Positions 61,248-64,000 of a DNA stretch of 64,000 nt are shown here, in pieces. Each line of letters starts with the position of its first letter. Position 1 is the stretch's first letter. The position numbers and the translations under genes are program-made. Under the pieces are notes generated by a model. That model worked only from the letters and a program-made list of their open reading frames with translations. It did no database searches and had not been told where the DNA came from. The stretch comes from an uncultured virus (IMG/VR IMGVR_UViG_2519103125_000002). Lineage: Duplodnaviria; Heunggongvirae; Uroviricota; Caudoviricetes. The stretch is from positions 1-64,000 of the IMG/VR virus record IMGVR_UViG_2519103125_000002, one strand, 5' to 3'.

Positions 61248-61847
61248 ATGAGTAAAAAATTATTAATGGCTTTAGCATGCAGCGTGTTACTTATGGGATT
61301 GGCTGCTTGTGGTTCAAATGATAAAGCAAGTACATCAGAAGAACCAAAACAAGAAACTAAAAAAGAAGAGGAACAAAAGAAGTTAGATGAGCAAAAACAG
61401 GAAGAGGAACAAAAGAAAATAGAAGAACAGAAAAAGGCCGAAGAACAAAAGCAAGCTGAGGAACAAAAGAAGTTAGAAGAACAGAAAAAGGCTGAAGAGC
61501 AAAAGCAAGCTGAGGAACAAAAAAAGGCTGAAGAACAAAAGCGATTAGATGAACAACGCAAACAAGAAGAGGCTCAAAGACAACAGGAAGAACAAAAGAA
61601 ACAACAAGAAGCAGCTCGAGCAAAAGAACAGGAACAACAAAAAGCTGCAGCTAATACAGCACCTCAGCAACAAGCTGCACCTAAACAAGAGAAAGTTCAC
61701 TTTGCAAACTGTACAGATGCAAATAATGCTGGTTACTATGATATAACTTCAGATAGCCCAGCTTATGCTTCGCATTTAGATCGTGATGGCGATGGTGTAG
61801 CTTGTGAACGAAATAAAGGACATAAAAAATCTAGTAAAAAACATTAG
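61248..61847 (+). CDS. Lipoprotein with EEQK repeats and Excalibur Ca-binding domain
   Basis: Lipobox LAAC; FANCTDA..YASHLDRDGDGVACE. Confidence 0.92.
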   Translation: MSKKLLMALACSVLLMGLAACGSNDKASTSEEPKQETKKEEEQKKLDEQKQEEEQKKIEEQKKAEEQKQAEEQKKLEEQKKAEEQKQAEEQKKAEEQKRLDEQRKQEEAQRQQEEQKKQQEAARAKEQEQQKAAANTAPQQQAAPKQEKVHFANCTDANNAGYYDITSDSPAYASHLDRDGDGVACERNKGHKKSSKKH

Positions 61848-61889
61848 ATTTATAGATAAGCACTCTTATGAGTGCTTTTTTATTTTTCG

Positions 61890-61934
61890 TTCGACGAAAT
61901 ATGACAAAATAGTTGTAACCGTTTCTGTTATGAT
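61890..61934 (+). promoter_or_regulatory. Tandem 0A-box-like promoter
   Basis: TTCGACG-aaa-TATGACA-22 nt-TATGAT. Confidence 0.6.
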
Positions 61935-61976
61935 GGTTTCAGAAATCTTACATTTTACATAATTGGAGGAAACAAA

Positions 61977-62504
61977 ATGTATAAGAAATTGGGTACAATC
62001 GCTATAACTGGGGCACTTGCTTTTAGTTTAGCTGCATGTGGTGAAACTGAAGAAACTGCAAAAAAGGTATCAAATGATACTAAAACTGAACAACCAGCTG
62101 AAAAGAAAGAAGAGAAGAAAGAATTTAAAATTGGTGAAATGATTCAACTTGGAGACCACAAGTTAACTGTCACAAATATTGAAAAGTCTCAAGGTGGAGA
62201 ATTTGATAAACCTAAAGAGGGACATGAATTTTTAATCGCTAAGGTAACTATAGAAAATAGTGGGAAGGAAGAAATAAGTTATAATCCTTTCGATTTTAGC
62301 TTACAAAACAGTGAAGGGAATATTGTAGATCAAGCATTTACTACAGTTAACCAAGATACTGTGTTGAATTCCGGGAAACTTGCACCAAACGGCAAAATTT
62401 CTGGAACTATCGCTTTCGAATCAAAGCAAGGAGATCCTAAGCTTCAATTAATCTTCAAACCAAATTTCTTATCTAAAAAAGAAATTCGAGTAAATCTTCA
62501 ATAA
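61977..62504 (+). CDS. DUF4352-family lipoprotein
   Basis: Lipobox LAAC; FKIGE..YNPFDFSLQ..LAPNGKISG.IAFE. Confidence 0.88.
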   Translation: MYKKLGTIAITGALAFSLAACGETEETAKKVSNDTKTEQPAEKKEEKKEFKIGEMIQLGDHKLTVTNIEKSQGGEFDKPKEGHEFLIAKVTIENSGKEEISYNPFDFSLQNSEGNIVDQAFTTVNQDTVLNSGKLAPNGKISGTIAFESKQGDPKLQLIFKPNFLSKKEIRVNLQ

Positions 62505-62528
62505 CAAATTAGAAATGGAGTTATCACT

Positions 62529-62873
62529 ATGAAAAGAACAGCTGAATTTGTATTAGGGCTTATTGGTGGGATTTTTGGAATCCTATGTGCATTTATCGCA
62601 TTATTTATCGGTGGACTTGGATCTGCTTTAGAAGCTGATGGCGCAAACACTGTTATTGGCTTAGGATGGGGGGCTGTAGCTCTATCTATATTAGGAATCG
62701 TTGGATCTGTTATGGTAAGAAGTAAAGCGAAAGTTGGCGGTATCATGATGACTGTTGCTGCTATCGGAGGCTTTATCTGTATATCTCTGATTTACTTATT
62801 ACCAGGAGTATTATTATTAATCGGCGGATTAATGGGTATCTTCCGTAAAGATAAAGTTGTTGTATCTGCTTAA
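62529..62873 (+). CDS. DUF4064-family membrane protein
   Basis: MKRTAEFVLGLIGGIFG signature; four TMs. Confidence 0.85.
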   Translation: MKRTAEFVLGLIGGIFGILCAFIALFIGGLGSALEADGANTVIGLGWGAVALSILGIVGSVMVRSKAKVGGIMMTVAAIGGFICISLIYLLPGVLLLIGGLMGIFRKDKVVVSA

Positions 62874-62938
62874 AATGTGCACTCGAAAGAGTGCTTTTAT
62901 TTTACTCTCTGGCATAAATGAAATTAGGGGTGATGTGT

Positions 62939-63682
62939 TTGAAAAAACTATTACTTATTATTTCTGCTCTTGGAATACTAATGGTGGGTTGCGAAAATAA
63001 AACTGTTGAAAAAGAAGAAAAAACAAGTTCAAGTGAAACACCCTCTAGTAATACAAACAATAAGAAAGAAGTCTTAACCGATTCTGAATATAGAGCCAAA
63101 CTCGATCAATCGTTTAACGATATTGATCCATATACAACAGCATACTTAAAAATTGTAAACTCAGGATCTATACAGATGGATAATGAAGACTGGAGAAAAG
63201 AAGTAATTACTATTTTAAGAGGATTCGAAACAGTATCAAAGGATATGCTATCAATTAGCGCACCTAATAAGTACAGCAAACTACATAGTACGATGGTAGA
63301 AGCAATGCAAGGGTTCTCAGATGCATCTTTTATTATGAAAGACGCATTAGCAGCTAAAGATATAAATGGATTTCAAAAAGGTCATGAATTGATGCAAAAA
63401 TCAGCTAGAAAATATACGGAAATTTTCCCTTTGTTACGCGAAATTGATGGAAAACAAATTACTACACCAAATATCCCTAATCCAACACCAAAAACAACAC
63501 CAGTACCTAAAACAGAAGAGCCTGCTGTTCTTAAAGAACAAGTTCCACCATCTACTTATGATCCTAAGAAAGATTCGGCCGACTATGATAAACACGGAAA
63601 TTATAAACCAGTTGACCAAATGACTCCAGAAGAGATCAAAAAAGAAGCTGAAGAGTTCATGACAGATTATTTGAATCGATAA
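62939..63682 (+). CDS. Lipoprotein of unknown function
   Basis: Lipobox MVGC; helical core; Pro-rich tail. Confidence 0.8.
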   Translation: MKKLLLIISALGILMVGCENKTVEKEEKTSSSETPSSNTNNKKEVLTDSEYRAKLDQSFNDIDPYTTAYLKIVNSGSIQMDNEDWRKEVITILRGFETVSKDMLSISAPNKYSKLHSTMVEAMQGFSDASFIMKDALAAKDINGFQKGHELMQKSARKYTEIFPLLREIDGKQITTPNIPNPTPKTTPVPKTEEPAVLKEQVPPSTYDPKKDSADYDKHGNYKPVDQMTPEEIKKEAEEFMTDYLNR

Positions 63683-63741
63683 AATATAGATATAAACCAC
63701 ATTTCTCAATGAACAAAGGAATTTAACATGGTAAAATAATA

Positions 63742-63817
63742 TTTGGATTGGCGTCCAATACATATTATTAAAATTAAAGTGGTTCAAGTCAGAGGAAGGC
63801 GCCTTAGGGTGTCTTTT
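63742..63817 (+). repeat. Multicopy ~80-nt element, copy E
   Basis: Near-identical to copy B; preceded by TGGTAAAAT extended -10. Confidence 0.85.
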
Positions 63818-64000
63818 CTTTATTTCCAAAAAGGGTATCGAGGGACTAGCCTTTTCTAATTTGAAAGTAAACTTTTGAATATAAATTCAAAAAAAAAGTT
63901 TGAGTTCTATACTTCTTACCCCATAAATAATTTAGTTTTCTTCCAATCATTGACTTGAGATTCACTACTAATAGAACTAATTATTTTTAAATCTTTTCAT

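Noticed and set aside
61241..61746. Overlapping alternate ORFs in the Excalibur lipoprotein gene
   Set aside because: Artefacts of EEQK coding repeats

Overview
Nearly the whole genome of a Bacillus cereus-group temperate siphovirus that appears to live as a plasmid. It carries a parA operon with centromere-like repeats, a serine resolvase and dif-like sites, but no integrase and no recognisable plasmid Rep protein. The minus strand carries arbitrium (aimR-aimP), the CI/Cro switch region, recombination/replication genes, RecU/ArpU, an SPP1-like head, a long tail, lysis genes and an FtsK/replication-relaxation module. A large accessory array of lipoproteins, membrane and secreted proteins sits at both window ends, probably contiguous on a circle. 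The most unusual signals are non-coding: (i) a ~650-nt structured RNA beside parA, with a divergent multi-hairpin sRNA and a downstream degenerate LAGLIDADG protein (candidate RNA-based replicon); (ii) a repeat-delimited array of ~150-bp promoter-sRNA-terminator cassettes; (iii) five Spo0A-type promoters with 21-22 bp spacers, plus a multicopy ~80-nt element in the accessory array; (iv) a possible sRNA-controlled attenuator in the aimR leader; (v) an ~800-nt structured late-leader RNA. All family calls are from recognising motifs by eye; no database search or folding program was run.
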